A stretch of DNA of 64,000 nucleotides, taken from positions 2,914,001 through 2,978,000 of the forward strand of contig JAMWBK010000005.1 of NCBI GenBank assembly GCA_029953675.1, read 5' to 3'. Below are positions 37,831-50,810 of this stretch, one piece after another (within the stretch, counting starts at the first letter, position 1; every line of letters begins with the position of its first letter). Below the pieces are notes generated by a model. That model worked only from the letters and a program-made list of their open reading frames with translations. It did no database searches and was not told where the DNA came from. This DNA comes from Rhodosorus marinus CCMP1338 (taxonomy: Eukaryota; Plantae; Rhodophyta). Made by a program: the position numbers and the translations under genes.

Positions 37831-39745
37831 TTTGGCGTTCATTCAAGAGACAAAACCAGAATTTCAGACACCTGCATGAGAGAAAACCAAAACCGGTGAG
37901 GCAAGAAACGGCTTACCAATTCCATACCGGATCCTCGGTGTCAACTTTCGTCAAATCGAAGATCCGGAAACTCCAAAAGATTCTAAAAACATAAGCTTCG
38001 TAACAAAAGCTATACTGAAAACTGAAACTTAGCTCAAATGCCTCTTCTTCCCAGGGAATGGACGAAGATACCGCCTCAAGCTCAAAATATAGTCTTCTAA
38101 CGTCGCGCTTTCGTGCATGTCTTTTCAAAGCACCGATCACCTCTTTGGTTAGGAGAGGAGATCTCTTGAGATTGATTGTTAAAGCGTTGGTTGACTAATT
38201 TGGGTGACTCTGGCGACGGAGGAACTATCAACCCCTTGCCGCGGAAGCCTTCAGAGTGTCGCTGGCTGCCTTCCGGGGTTCGCCCACAGCGGAAGAGGGT
38301 TTTTATATCCTCTTCAAAAGCTCTGTTCTAGGATTTGTTTGGAAACCTGCTATGTCAGCGGCAAATGAAACTCTGGCATCATTGTTTCATGAGGGGATGT
38401 GGATTGAGAGAAATCCAGGACGTATGAGAAGACGATCTTCTCGCAGTTCGGTTGCGGAAGCGCTTTGCAGCCGTAGATGGGTAAGACGCAGATATCACCA
38501 AGAGGCACAAAGTTCTCCTTGATACTTCTTGGTGAGCAGAATCGTATGTAACAGTTTGTTCCTTCGGAAAGAGATCGTCGAGGGACGTGCTGCTGACGGA
38601 CACGAAGGCACGAAGAAACCACCCTCCATTCGCATGCGTTGGATACGGTCTTTTGCGTGAGCAGGAGATCGCCTCCTTCATTGTTTTAAGGTTCCGCGTG
38701 TGTGTGGAGGAGGTAGTACCTTTTGTTCCAAGTAGACCTCTCGCAATCGTTCATAAATCCGACTCCTCGGCCACCATCGAGCGATCCCCTCGAGGAAGCT
38801 TCGCCTACATACAATTCTGATTATAGTACAATAGCTCTATATAATGATCGACGATCCTTTTTATATATCGTATTCTAAAATAATCCCGAATTCTTTACTC
38901 AAATGAGTCCTAAAAGGTACTAGAAAGTTCTTAATCTGGGGTTACGTTGGTCTGGGGTTCCAGACTAACGTAACCCTCAGAAACCATGAAAAACTTTTAC
39001 ACAAGAAGATTGTTTTGATGATTATGATTGGATAAATTATGGAGCTCCACCCAATAGCAAGGGCGGAAACCAAACATTAATCTTGTTCAGGGTGGTAAAC
39101 TGGATTCTTAGCTGAATCTAATATATCGTATTTTATATAATAAGGAGATATATCTGAGAAATATTAGATTTGATAGAGGGGGGGTAAATAGATTTTCGTG
39201 TTCGAATTTATTTCTTCAATTTTATGGAGGATTGGTTGGGTTTTTGCTTTTTTTTGAATAGGGAATTTGTAACGGACATTTGGCAATTTGGATTGATCGC
39301 TTCCGCTGATCGATGGTTCAGATTGTGAAGCGCTGGTGTTATTCTGATCGCTGAGGGGAATTGTCTGTTTTTTTTTTGGTTTTACGGTCAGTGCTTATAT
39401 TGAGGCAGTTGTTGCTGTTTTCCTTGGACACTAGTCCTGTTTCCTGGTTTCTCTGTGTCTGGCTTTCGCAATACGTTTCTGTGTAGATGCTTTCAACGGA
39501 GCATCACCGGTAGCCGATGGAGATGTTCCTGTCTGGTTAAGGCTTCTAATCGCGTTTCTGGCTTTTGTCGCGTCTACTTCTGGTTCTGCCGATCTCGGAT
39601 GTCCAGTTGGCGCTCTGTGGATTTTGGGTTTCGCTGGAGAAGAGTTCGCTGCTTTTGATTGGCGCTTGTTCGAGGAGTGAGTTCTTGTTTCGGGAAAGGA
39701 CTGCCCTCCCACCGCCAGCGTGAGCTCAGAGTTGACTTTGTGGTC

Positions 39746-41093
39746 ATGGAGAGATTGAAAATCAGAGACAGCGTTGCTGCTCAGGTGGATGATCTGGGGG
39801 ATTTTGCCTCGGTCTCGTCCAACAGACACTTCTCAGTTCGCGAGGAGGTGTCTATTGAGAACAGCAGGGAACTTGGTGATAAGGTTTTGACAGCGTTTGT
39901 GTGGAAGGATGAAGCGAAAGCAGTTGCTGTCGCTATGTCAAGGGATCGATTCAAGCCGCATCCTTTGGTCAAGACCAGAGAGGGACAGTGAGTGTCGTGT
40001 TGGTTAAGTCCGCTGCATGGTTGTGATGGTAGCGGCTGTCTAACTCCAACGCGTTCCGTCGATTGATAAACAGTTTTGCATGTGTTATGGAGCTGAGTCC
40101 TGGGGAGTTTACATTCCGATTCCTTGTTGATGGACAGTGGAGAGTGAATGAGGAAGATCCAAGCACAATCGTTGACAAAAGAGGGGAGCGCTTTCATCAT
40201 CTAGTAGTAAGCTCTGAGTTGGCGGAGGCCTCACTCAACAGGTAATCAAAGCTAGACTTCCGAGTAGACTTCTATTCCTGCTTGTCCTGTCCAGATGGGC
40301 AGACTTGATAACCGTTCACACCTCACGCTGTCTCACGATCCTTAGGGAGGTGCTGAACCGGGAAGTTTTGAACGCTCTAACGAAGCACAAGGAGGCCCTG
40401 CCGCGCTCACAGATCCCAGCAGTGAATGTAAAGTATACACAGAACAAATCCAAAGAGGGCTTCCTGAGAAGGCCTCTGGGTATCATTGGGGTTGGAAACC
40501 CCACGACCAAGATCAACGTTGCAGAAAACCCACCCACGCGCCCTGAGAAGCCCCCAGTGCTTGAGAATAGACTTTCGAAGTATGCACAAGCGGAGGAGAA
40601 CGCACACCAAAGACAAGAGCTGGCCAGAGCGATGGTAAAGCGTGGGGCAGATGATGGAGCTCTCGCACTTTTCAAAGTTGCGCTGACGATTAGGGAGGAG
40701 AACGGTTTGGCGCTGACTCCCGCGAACGCCCACTGCCATGCGGAAATGGCCATGGTGTTCATGAAGGTCGGTGAAATAGAGCTTGCGGAGACTCATCTTC
40801 GACTCGCTCTGAGGATATGGAGAGAAGCTCCGAAGGGGAACTTCGCAAATGAACCCAAGCATCGATTTGGGGATATGTGCCATTACCTGGCTGTCGTATT
40901 GGATCGTGGAAAGAAGCATGACGAAGCTTCGAAACTGTACAGAATCACTTTGAAAGTCTACACTGAGCACTCTGATGGTGTTGAGGAGCGTAAGTTCGTC
41001 TCTTTGAAGAAGAACATGATGAACAACAACAAGAAGCGAGGAAAGCATCAAGCTAGAGCGCCAGGTGCATCTTCTGCACCTCGAAATTATTAG
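39746..41093 (+). CDS. CBM48 (AMPK-beta-type glycogen/starch-binding module) plus TPR-repeat protein, 3 exons
   Basis: TAFVWKDEAKAVAVAMSRDRF..PL...FACVMELSPGEFTFRFLVDGQWRVNEEDP matches the CBM48 fold. Three kinesin-light-chain-like TPRs follow (ALALFKVALTIRE; AHCHAEMAMVFMKVGEIELAETHLRLALRIW; HYLAVVLDRGKKHDEASKLYRITLKVY). Confidence 0.75.
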
Positions 41094-42771
41094 CTCATCA
41101 ACAAAGTTGCGAAACATGTGAAGGCGTTTTCGGGAACTGCGTCCTGGGTAAAAGAGAAGTACCGTGCTCAGTGGGCGGTGCACGCTGGCAGCGACTCTGT
41201 GAAGTTTTGCGTCCGCCGAACAGATCAATGAGTAAACGCAGAACGACGCGATATTCTGGAAGATCATCTGACAGCAGCAAACGAACTTTCCGTCACGTCT
41301 TGAACTCCCCCTGACGCCATTGAAGCAGCCTCGAGACCTCCTGGGTCACTCAAAGAGGCAACGGGGTCTTCTGCAATTCTTTTTTGCGCACGTGTACGTG
41401 CAGTTCGATCACAATAAATCATTAATTCACATTGGGCCAAAAGTCGACTACTGCTTTTCCATCGTTCAGCAGGCAGAGCGCCGAAAACCCATGCTTAACC
41501 AGCTGCTCTGAAGATCTACACGAACTCTAGCAACTCCAAAGAGAAATCCCCAGAAAACGCCCAAGCTCTCTTTTCAATCAAGACTAAAGACGATCTTCCA
41601 CGTGCTCAGCCTGAGCACGCAAGCCCATCCATTCGCGCTCAGCGTGGAGCAGTTCCAAAGCAAGCTTCAGCACCGAGAGGACCCAACAGACCATGGGACA
41701 ATCTCAAAAGTGTCCCATACGAAAAAAGAAAGACATCCTAAACGTCCCACAATCCGAGAAATTCAGTCAATAAAATGAAATCGATTGATGAAAACGAGAT
41801 CGCCGGTGGGCACCATCGTATAAACGAAGAAAAAAAGCCAGTCGAATGCGACTGGTACAGAAAGAGTCAGCCAATGAGCATGGAACAAGATTTCCGTACG
41901 ACATTGCTAGGCCAATAATAATACGGCTTTCCATGCAGCAATCAGAAAGTTTCTTTTTTCCACTACTACACAAACGAAAAGGAAGCGCAGAACCCCGCCC
42001 ACCGACCCTCACCCCCCTTTCTTTCTTCTTCTCTAAACTCTTTCTCAAAATAGTACATCATTTTTCCACTTGAAAGCGTTCTCAAATAACAACTCCCCCC
42101 TCTCATGTCCACATCCAACTGCTCGGACATGATACCCAGTTTTTTTGTAGAAAGAAAAATCCAAGCTTGCGGCCTCCTAAAGCCCTTTCGGCACCGATCG
42201 GCTAAAAGGAATATAAAAAAACACTAAATAACAAAATATCCGTATATGAGTTTCTACCCCCTCCTTATCAAAATCCAAAACAGCCTATCAAAACGTATTA
42301 ATTACTTCCAAAATACAATAAGGCGGCATCAACACTCATGGCCCTGGACCCCCTACCTCAGGAACTCAATACAAAGCAAGATGATATAAAATATAAACAA
42401 TATATTAAACCTCACGAGCAACAAGAAACCAAGCCCTTCTGTACCACTACCTCGGACTCAATCAAAATACATCCCAGACCATGAATTGCAAAATAAAAAT
42501 CTTTAATGATTGAAATCTAGTCATTGTTTTTGTTGGTTTTTGGGGATCTCATCGTACCCAGGATTTTGGATTCTTTTCGGTGGTTTAGGGAGAAGTGTTG
42601 TAAGAATCGGTGTTTTTGGAATGGATCTGAGGATTTGTTGTTTGATGAAGCGAAAAAAAAAAAGTGGGGTTTATTGATCAGTTTCTTTCATACGGTGGTG
42701 GAAAGGCATTTCTTTAAGTGGAGATCGCGGAGGAGGGCTCGTTTTGGGCGGGTTTTGGGGTTGCCTTGGTG

Positions 42772-42803
42772 GAGTGAGTGAGTGAGTGAGTGAGTGAGTG
42801 AGT
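42772..42803. repeat. (GAGT)8 microsatellite upstream of the Psb31 start
   Basis: Read directly. Confidence 0.95.
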
Positions 42804-42868
42804 GTCTGTCTGTGTTTGTGTATTGATATTGAGGGAATTTTTAATTTTGTTTGTTTGTTTGAGCAAGG

Positions 42869-43577
42869 ATGGAAGGTGGATTTGTGAGTGGGATTGTCCC
42901 GACGAGGGCTGCTCGTGCTGAGCGTAGCGTAGTTTGTATGTCGGTTTCGCGAAGGGATATGCTGAAGTTCGCGATTGGAGCTGCGGCGGCGGTGGTTGTT
43001 CCGATGGAGGCGTTGGCCGATGGTGCAACCTCCCCGGCAACCAAGTACAGGGTTAGGGGAATTTATGGCTACAAGATCATGAGCGCAGGCGATACGGTCA
43101 ACAGCGTCCAGGGCCTGGTTGATAGCGGAAGCTGGGTGGAGCTTGGAAACCTGGTTAGCAGCGCGAAGAAGAGCTCCGGCAAGTTGAGGGATCTCGAGGG
43201 CGCCCTTCAGCTGTTCAAGACTGGATACTTTGCAGACAGCCGTCCGGTAAGCATCCTTGCGATCAGTGTTTGAGCACTGTATTGTGAAGAATTTGTTAAA
43301 CCTGCGTAGATCTGAATCGATATTCTTCGCCTTGAAAACTTTCGACTCTTAGAAGCAGAGGGTGATGGCCACTTACCAGAGTGAGTTCGTCGATGCGGTT
43401 GCGGCGCTCGAGGCTGCAGCAAAGAAGCAGGATAAGAGCAAGGCCAATCGGGCCGCGGCTGAACTCAAGAACGCCTACGACAACATTATTGCGTATGCTG
43501 AGCTCAGCCCGAACGAGTTCGCCAACACCGAGGGCCAGGCTTGGAGCAGCGACTATGACTACCGCCGCAAATTCTGA
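42869..43577 (+). CDS. psb31: Photosystem II extrinsic lumenal protein Psb31 homolog, 2 exons
   Basis: Bipartite presequence with twin-arginine SRRDML and an ALA|DG cleavage site. The mature N-terminus DGATSPATKYRVRGIYG and C-terminus GQAWSSDYDYR match the Psb31 signature. Confidence 0.8.
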
Positions 43578-44869
43578 TCTGAGTCCCTTCAGATAAAAGA
43601 GCCGTGAAATAAAGATTCATTCCTTCAATTCAAGTCTGATCTACCTCTCCTCGCCTTAGTATAACACGGCTATCGCACGACGACTGGCCCCTCGACCAGA
43701 GCACGAAACGTACTGCAGGCTCCGTCACCAACGCGTGGCATAACTACCCCGAGGAGACTGCAGCCGTGCTCAGCAAACAAACATGACCACCACCAGCGCC
43801 AAAGTGCAGTCAATCGATCGTCGCAGAATTCGAAAAAATCTCCATTCCAAACGCCGTTGCGCCCAATGATGAGACCTCTGCTGTGCTAGAAGTGGTTGGA
43901 AAATCTCCTAGCGCGCCGCTAGAAAGATGCTCAAGTCCTCCACTCTCCTTTTAATTGACAATCTCAAGAAACCTGTTGCCTTGATCTTCGCACAGAACGA
44001 AAAAAAATTTTCGCCAGTACACAAGCTGCTCCCAAAGCTCATGACCTCGAGTACAATCGATTGCCTGTACTTTGACGCTGCTGGTGGTCGTGGGTTGATG
44101 TTTGTTTGCTACAGTCGGACATTGGCCCTGCTGCTTTTAACTCTGCTTTAGTAGACCCAACCTTTCTAACAAAAAAGTATCGTCAAGACTCTACTCGTGA
44201 TTTGACCTGGCGCACAAGCCGGCCAAGTCTGCTATCCAAGCCTACACACATGGTGTTAGTCTCGACTGGGGTCTCGACTGGGGTTAGTCTCGACGATCCT
44301 CAAATGGCAGTCCGCAAAACCGGCCAATGTCCACTTGCGAAAAGCGTGACATTCTTGCCTGCTCAACAATCGTTGGGAAGATATCGGACCTAAACCTATA
44401 AAACATGCTTCGGCTTCGCCACAAACTTGACCGATTTATCCCTATCCGGATACTACTCCTACGAAACTGCTGTGAACGCGTCTTAGTCACTTCAAAACAT
44501 TGACTCAAGAGTAGCTGAGTATTCAGCAAACATTTTCACTCCAAATGTCTTCCCCTACGCAAGTGTCAGCAACGGCGGTGGTTACTTAGGGATTGGGAAG
44601 ACAACTGCTTCCTCAGACTTGCGGAAGCGGGAGCTGGAGTGGTGTTGTTGACTTTTGGGAGACAAAAAGCGTTTGAAGATAGTGATGAACACTACTTAAG
44701 CCCCAGTGAAGAGATGTTGGGGCAAGAGTTGAAGCGGAAGAACTGATCTGGAAGGACAGATCTGATGATGAAGACCTAGTCCTAGGGTTTGTTTTTTTGG
44801 GGAGTCTGCTTCGAAGGGATTAGAACTTCGACTTTTGAACGATAGGCCGCTGTTTTTGTTTTGCTTACG

Positions 44870-46979
44870 ATGTCCGCTAGCGATGACAATGAGGATAGAT
44901 GGCTTGGTGCTGACGAGGACCAGTTTTGGAACGGCAGTGATGAGGGCAGCTTGAGTGCAGCGAACCATGCTTGGGCGGATGAACTTGCATGGGGGGAGAA
45001 ATGGAAGGAGCTGGGAATCTCCGATGATGAAGGAAAAATTCTGAGCCTTGTGAGGTCGATCTCGAGGTATATTCGTCGACGACTTATTGCTCCGCGTGAG
45101 AATGATCAGAAAGAAGCCATGGTTGAGGTGAGGAAACCGTAGATTTTGATATGCACGAGGATCCCATCGCTCAACCTTGCTCTTTCGATCTCGACAGGGT
45201 TACCTAACTAAAGATCTTCTTCTAACTGTGAGCTACGACACTGACCTAGATGGATTACTCGAGAAGGTAACGCGGCGGGAGATCGCGGATGTTCTTTTAG
45301 ACACCTTAGCAAGAATCAGACAGTTTGACAACGATCGGGCCACTAACCTCATTCTGGAATCACTCTGCGTAACCTCCATTGCTGTCTTTATCGCAGTCTG
45401 GATCGAAGGGTAAGCGCCGCAATAAAGAAGGAAAGCAGTTTGCGAAGCGCTGACTCCACTTCCATTCTACAGGAAGGAGTACGGCCTGGAAGATTTGTCT
45501 AGTGTCTCGGAAGACATGATTCTCATGATGGGCAGATCGCCTCTTACCGAACCCAAAATGATTGTAGACGAGTTCAAACGTGCGTCTTCGTTCTCAGATG
45601 CCCCGGAAGTAGTGCTGCGACTTGGCTCAGGGTGGCCCAAGCTCAGCGAGATCCTGCTGCGAAGAATGGATGACGACTCCGTAGATAACTGCTTTCCGAT
45701 AATGATGAGCCTCTTCCGTAACAGCATGTACAGCAAGTTCAAGGACAATCCATCAGGGCCTTCACTTTTGGTCATCGGGATTGCCGGCTTCTGCAAGACG
45801 CACCTCAGTACCAAGTTCAGAGACCTATCGGTTCATGAGAAGCTGGTCGATCTCTCTTTCGATTTAATCGCCATAGCCCGCTCTGAGGAGATCGACTCGG
45901 ACGAAAATGGTGGCGTAGCTGGTGACTTGGCGCTTTCGCTCGCTAACAATGGCTACGATGGTTTGATTACGGTCCTACGCCACGCCCAGCAACGTTGCTA
46001 CATGCCGCCGCTTTCCCTCGGAGAGATGAACCTCCTACAGATCGAGCTAGCCAGGTTGAGACCTCAGCAAGCGGACACTAAGATACCAGCATTGCCACTG
46101 TGGAAGCTGAGGAACATCGCATTCTACGCATCGCTGACGCTGGGACCGCTGCGGCCTAAGCTCATTCCAGAGTATGACCTACTGCATCCAGAGATGCTGT
46201 GCAACCAAGTCTCACCGTACGCTTTTCAGCTCCTCGTGGAGAAGCCCGAGAGCTCGAGGATAACCGGTATACGAATCATGAAGATTCTGCTGGAAAACCT
46301 GGGCGAGAAAGGATTCAAACTGTCTTCTGAGAGTCTTCTGGACGGCTTCTCACACATCGCGATAGATCTGGCTAGTTTCTCGTACTCGAGGATGGCAGTG
46401 ACGATCGGGAACGTACTGCACGAGCTCCCCGGCGACAAGAAAGCTGAGGCGTCGTTAGTTTTAGAACTGCTTCTCAAATACGTTCCGCCGGGTATTGAGA
46501 GAGTTCTGCAGATCAAATCGATGGTCAACGAGTCGCAAGTGGTTGAAGAGATAACTCCCCTTTCCAGGATAGCTTTTGCACAGTTCTTGGAGAAGGAAAT
46601 CCACGGGATACGAGATGAGCACACTGAAGAATTGGCTAGGCACATTGTGAAAGGCCCGCTTGATCGCTGGTTGACACCGAGATTGGAGATGATGAAGGAG
46701 ATGGACATCGTCGTGGCCTTCCTCAAGGTTACGTCTTGTATACTCTCCCAAGGATGCCAAATCGAAGAAGCTTCAAAGCTCTGCGAGCTAGTCAGAGCTT
46801 GTTCCTCGCAGTTTGCAAGGTTGACAGAATCAGACATGAGAAACGCGCCAGAGGAAGCCAGAAGGCAGCCCACGCAAGCGAAAGAACGCGAAGCGCTATA
46901 CTTTGCTGCCAAGCAAACGCTGAGTACGTGCGTGGAAGCAATGGAAATAGTGAATTCTCCCTTTCAATTTCAAGCTTGA
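44870..46979 (+). CDS. Alpha-helical solenoid protein of about 650 aa, possibly glomulin/ALF4/Ybp family
   Basis: A 494-aa open last exon plus two upstream exons with GT-AG introns; Leu-rich helical composition. There is only a weak recalled resemblance to the glomulin C-terminal region (LHELP..KAEASLVLELLLKYVP..ERVLQIKSMVNES..AFAQFLEKEI). Confidence 0.55.
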
Positions 46980-47444
46980 AATTGTGAATAATATCAAAAA
47001 GCGGCTCGTCTGTAACAAGAGTTAGTCTTCATGTACACCTTATCTACATATTTCAGTTAGCAAAACAGACAACAACACCGTGCGGAGTAAGCCTCCAGAT
47101 AGCCTTTCAGACTGCACAAAGGTGCTCCTGAGCTCCTTCTCGGAACCCGTCCTTAAAAAAAAATCAACAAATAGAGGTGATTTCCTTCTTCCCCTGTGCC
47201 CTTGACATCCTCCCATGACAACAGTGACCGCAAAACTGATGATCACGTCCTGTGAATCCGGGTCGCACTAGAATCGACTCTAGCGGTGTTCTCGTCCAGC
47301 TGGAGACGGTCTCTGACGAGTTATTATGAATCAAGCCTTGCGTAAGTGGATTTCCCTGGCTGTGTACCTCTTGCTGGAGCAATGGGGATGAATCTGACAT
47401 TTCCTTTGCTCTGATCGAAACGAATTGATAGCACACAATTCGGG

Positions 47445-50400
47445 TCAGACTAATTGCAAGGTACCGGGCAGGTGGAAGGAAGGCTCTAGGTAGTACTCTT
47501 CACATGGCGAAACAAGCAAAAGAGTCCAAACTCGTGGATATTTGATTCTTCCTACCTCAATAAGCTGAGCACTAGCATCTTCGTCAATGGGCTGAACTGA
47601 CACCATTGGACGGTCGGGGGCGTTCAGCACTACACGAAGCCGGCCTCGATCAACAACAGTCGAATTTGCGACTTTCGAATTGGCTTGGGCAAGCAAGTCC
47701 GAGTATTGCTACGGTGAGAAAAAACAACACGAAGTCAGAACTTATCACATGGGATGAAATCGGTTCATATCTGTAACTGGACTGGGGCTTACCTGATAAC
47801 GCTTTCTTTCAGCACGGTCTTCTTCCTTTCTAGAAAATTCCTTGAGCCTCTCGTAGTGCTCCAGTTTCATCTTGACGGTTTCCAGCTTGGTCTGCATGAC
47901 AATAGAAAAAAGCTTGTCGATTTCTTTAGCTTCCCTCTCGGCCTTCTTTCGACACCGAACAGCTGCTGCAGCGAGAGCAACTGCAGACGAGGCCGTTTCC
48001 ATAGAAGCCTCATCATCAAACTGATGTGGCAATCTTCCCCCGCCTGCAATGGATGCCTCCCTGGCCGACATCCTCTCCAATGCCGTCGCGCTCACCACCT
48101 CAGCGACGCCCTTCTGGAGAATGTCCTGAACCGTCGTATCCTGGGTAATCTGGTCACCCAGGCTCTCAGCCTTTTCCAAAGCCGATGCAGTTGTCCCCTT
48201 GGACACTGATGAAGGCACTGTGGACCCCATAAAGGCCAAATGGGCCATTAACGGATTGTTCATATCCGTAAACGGTAAAGGTTGCCCCGTCATGTCCCTC
48301 AAACCAGTTGCACCGACTCCGTAATCGTTCAAGGAAGCCTCTCTAGGCAGCTTTCCAATATCTTCCTTGAGAAAAGAGTCCTCGATTGGTAGACGAATGA
48401 ACTGCAGCACACAAGCGTCCTTTGATTTTGAACCGACGTGTTCTGCGACTAATTCCCAGTTGTCGCGATAAAGCTCCAGGGCTTCGAGGAGAAGCAGTGT
48501 CTCCGTTTCTGTCCACGATGTGGAATGGTGCCCTTCAACAGTAGACACCGCCGTCATTTGAATGAAGTCTCGAGAGGATATCGACTGTGGGAAGTTGCCG
48601 TCATTGTAGCACTCCGGGCAAAGGTCCATATCTGCCCTCGTCGAGCAGTGAAACCTCATGAGGCTGCAATCGCGTTCACAGCTATCGCAGTGGTACTCAA
48701 CAGCTGCAGCCGCGTCTTCACGATCCCGTGTTAGCCGACTGCCTTCATGACGAGCAAACTTCCCGTTCCTAATGACCGGACCTCCATCGTCGAAAAGCAG
48801 CATTTTCGGTCTCTTCTCTCCGGTCTCCAAGGATAGAGGCAACGGTGCAGGCGGCGGTACAATCATCGGCTGGGGTCTCGTCTGGGGGTCGACACCATGG
48901 TTGATCAGCCCCCAGTGCTCCAGGAACACGTGCACTCTCAAGATCGCGCAGGCGTCTCCGGCCAGATGCCTCCTTGCAAAAGTCGCCGACAGATACTTCT
49001 CCGGCGTTTTCCTCCATGATTCCACCATGAAGTTGCGATACTCTTTGTACACCTTTTCAGTCTTCGATTGATACTTCCCTCGAAAAAACTCAGGAAGCCC
49101 TCTTCGTTCAATGTCATGGACCGCGTGGGGTTTATACCATAGCGCGTACGAGGGTATTCTAATTGGAACCTTTGGTTGTGCCGGAGTGGTGGAAAGGTCT
49201 GCCATTTTCTTCGGCGACGTGAGATTAGCGGCAATGAGCGAAGGGCTCTTTGCGTCTTTGCCTATCTCAAGCTGCAAGTCCTCCTCTCCGTCCTTGGACG
49301 GTTCGATTGCGCTCTCCGTCGCAACGACCTGGGATGCAGTCAATGCTTTGTCATCCTCTTGTTCTTCCATCCTAGTGGTTTCGTTTAGCTTCTCAGAATC
49401 GGCGGAAGCAACAGGAGTCGCGACGACGCCCTCGACATGGACTTCTTTCTCCCCCAAGTCTGTTGGTGCTTCCCTCGTAAGCTTGATTCGTACCTTAAGC
49501 GAACCCGAAGAAATTCCCTGCGCTGTGCCTGGCTCTTCCGCATCTTCATTGACAGCGAGCGAATCCCCTCGCATTTCTTCCTTTCTTTCATCCCCACCTT
49601 CTTGCTTGTTATCAGCTGTACCCTCAGCCGACTTATCGCTCTTTGGCAAGCTGTGGTTCTCCTCCGAATCTGCGGCCAGTACCGCGGAACCCAGTCCAGT
49701 GAAGTCCCCTCCTATATCTCCTGACTTGCTTCTTAAGTTTTCGGAACTGAAAACAGTCTTAGTAGCCTTTTCGATTCCCTTCTCCTCGTCGGCTTCTGAT
49801 ACGGAGTCCAGCTTCCGCTTCCGTGATTCAGTTGTATCCGCCGTTGATTCCATGACATCGGATTCTTCCCCATGTGATGCAATCGTGCCGTCAGCTTCGA
49901 CAACGCTCCCTACAAGCTCCCCCTTTGATCGGGTCGACATGCTTTCGTTTGTGGAACGGCGAGGAGCTGGAATGACGTTGATCCGAAGATCTTCTGGAAC
50001 CTCATAGTCTACTTCGTTCATCCATTCGTTGAAACTGTCAGTATCTTGGATATACCTCATCTGCACATGCCAGGGTCCCTTTGGATTAGGATCTTCCGGC
50101 TCCATGTCGCCCTCAACATCTTCGATTGGGATCCATGAGTCGTAGCAGTCCGGATAGTACCACCAATGAACCTTCGAAAGCATTCCTCGTGTTTCAAGAC
50201 CTCGGCAAAAGTCCTCACCCTCCGTATCCTCGTGTCGTGTACCTTCCGGATCGGGGTAGATAATGTGAGTTGCGGCTGAGGAAGTTGAAACCACGACGCC
50301 GCGCTTTTTCAGAACAATAGAGCGCAGTTTCGGCTGCATATTCGCAGGGATTGCCCTGGTCAGGAATACTTTTCTCGAGCTCAAAAATCCACCTTGGCTA

Positions 50401-50810
50401 AGTGCAAGTTCGACGGCTGCCAGCATTTCAACTAATTGATCCGCTTTATCCGGATTCGACCACTCAAACTTCCGAATCATATTGTCCGCCTTCCACTTTA
50501 GCGCGGCACAGAGGATTGTCTCCAATCCACCATTTGGCTTGGTGTCTCTGAATACGCTACATGGAATCTTCGTCATCACCCGCAGCTCCTCGGCAGACTC
50601 CAAACCCAGCCTCACATCCATAAAGTTCATCATCCTTACCGACAAGAGCAGCAACGATCGAGGTGTGATATCCTTCGAATTAAACCCAAGAATATCATCG
50701 TCCTTGGACTTTATACTTTCACAAACACCGCTCAAGTCATCTCCAGTCCCAAGCTCCTCCCAAGATCTAAGACTCACCGCAACGCTCTTGGCCCGTCGCG
50801 GCGTATCCAT
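47445..50810 (-). CDS. SWI3: SWI/SNF complex subunit SWI3/SMARCC (BRCT/chromo N-module, SWIRM, ZZ zinc finger, SANT, coiled coil)
   Basis: SWIRM: IPSYALWY...IERRGLPEFF...LAGDACAILRVHVFLEHWGLIN. ZZ: CDSC..DCS..RFHC..DLCPECY. SANT: WTETETLLLLEALELYRDNWELVAEHVGSKSKDACVLQFIRLPIED. Chromo-like: VHWWYYPDCYDSWI. The 3' end is approximate. Confidence 0.95.

Noticed and set aside
40407-41267. 286-aa minus-strand ORF; similar long antisense ORFs at 46226-46912, 49111-50007 and 58789-59907
   Set aside because: Shadow frames of well-supported genes on the opposite strand.
41100-41660. Long frame interrupted by stops, briefly suggesting readthrough or an alternative genetic code
   Set aside because: Stop density (about 1 per 26 codons) is what random sequence gives, and real genes here use TAA, TAG and TGA as normal stops.
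44256-44295. 12-bp tandem repeat gtctcgactggg with partial copies
   Set aside because: Real but very short, with no evidence of function.
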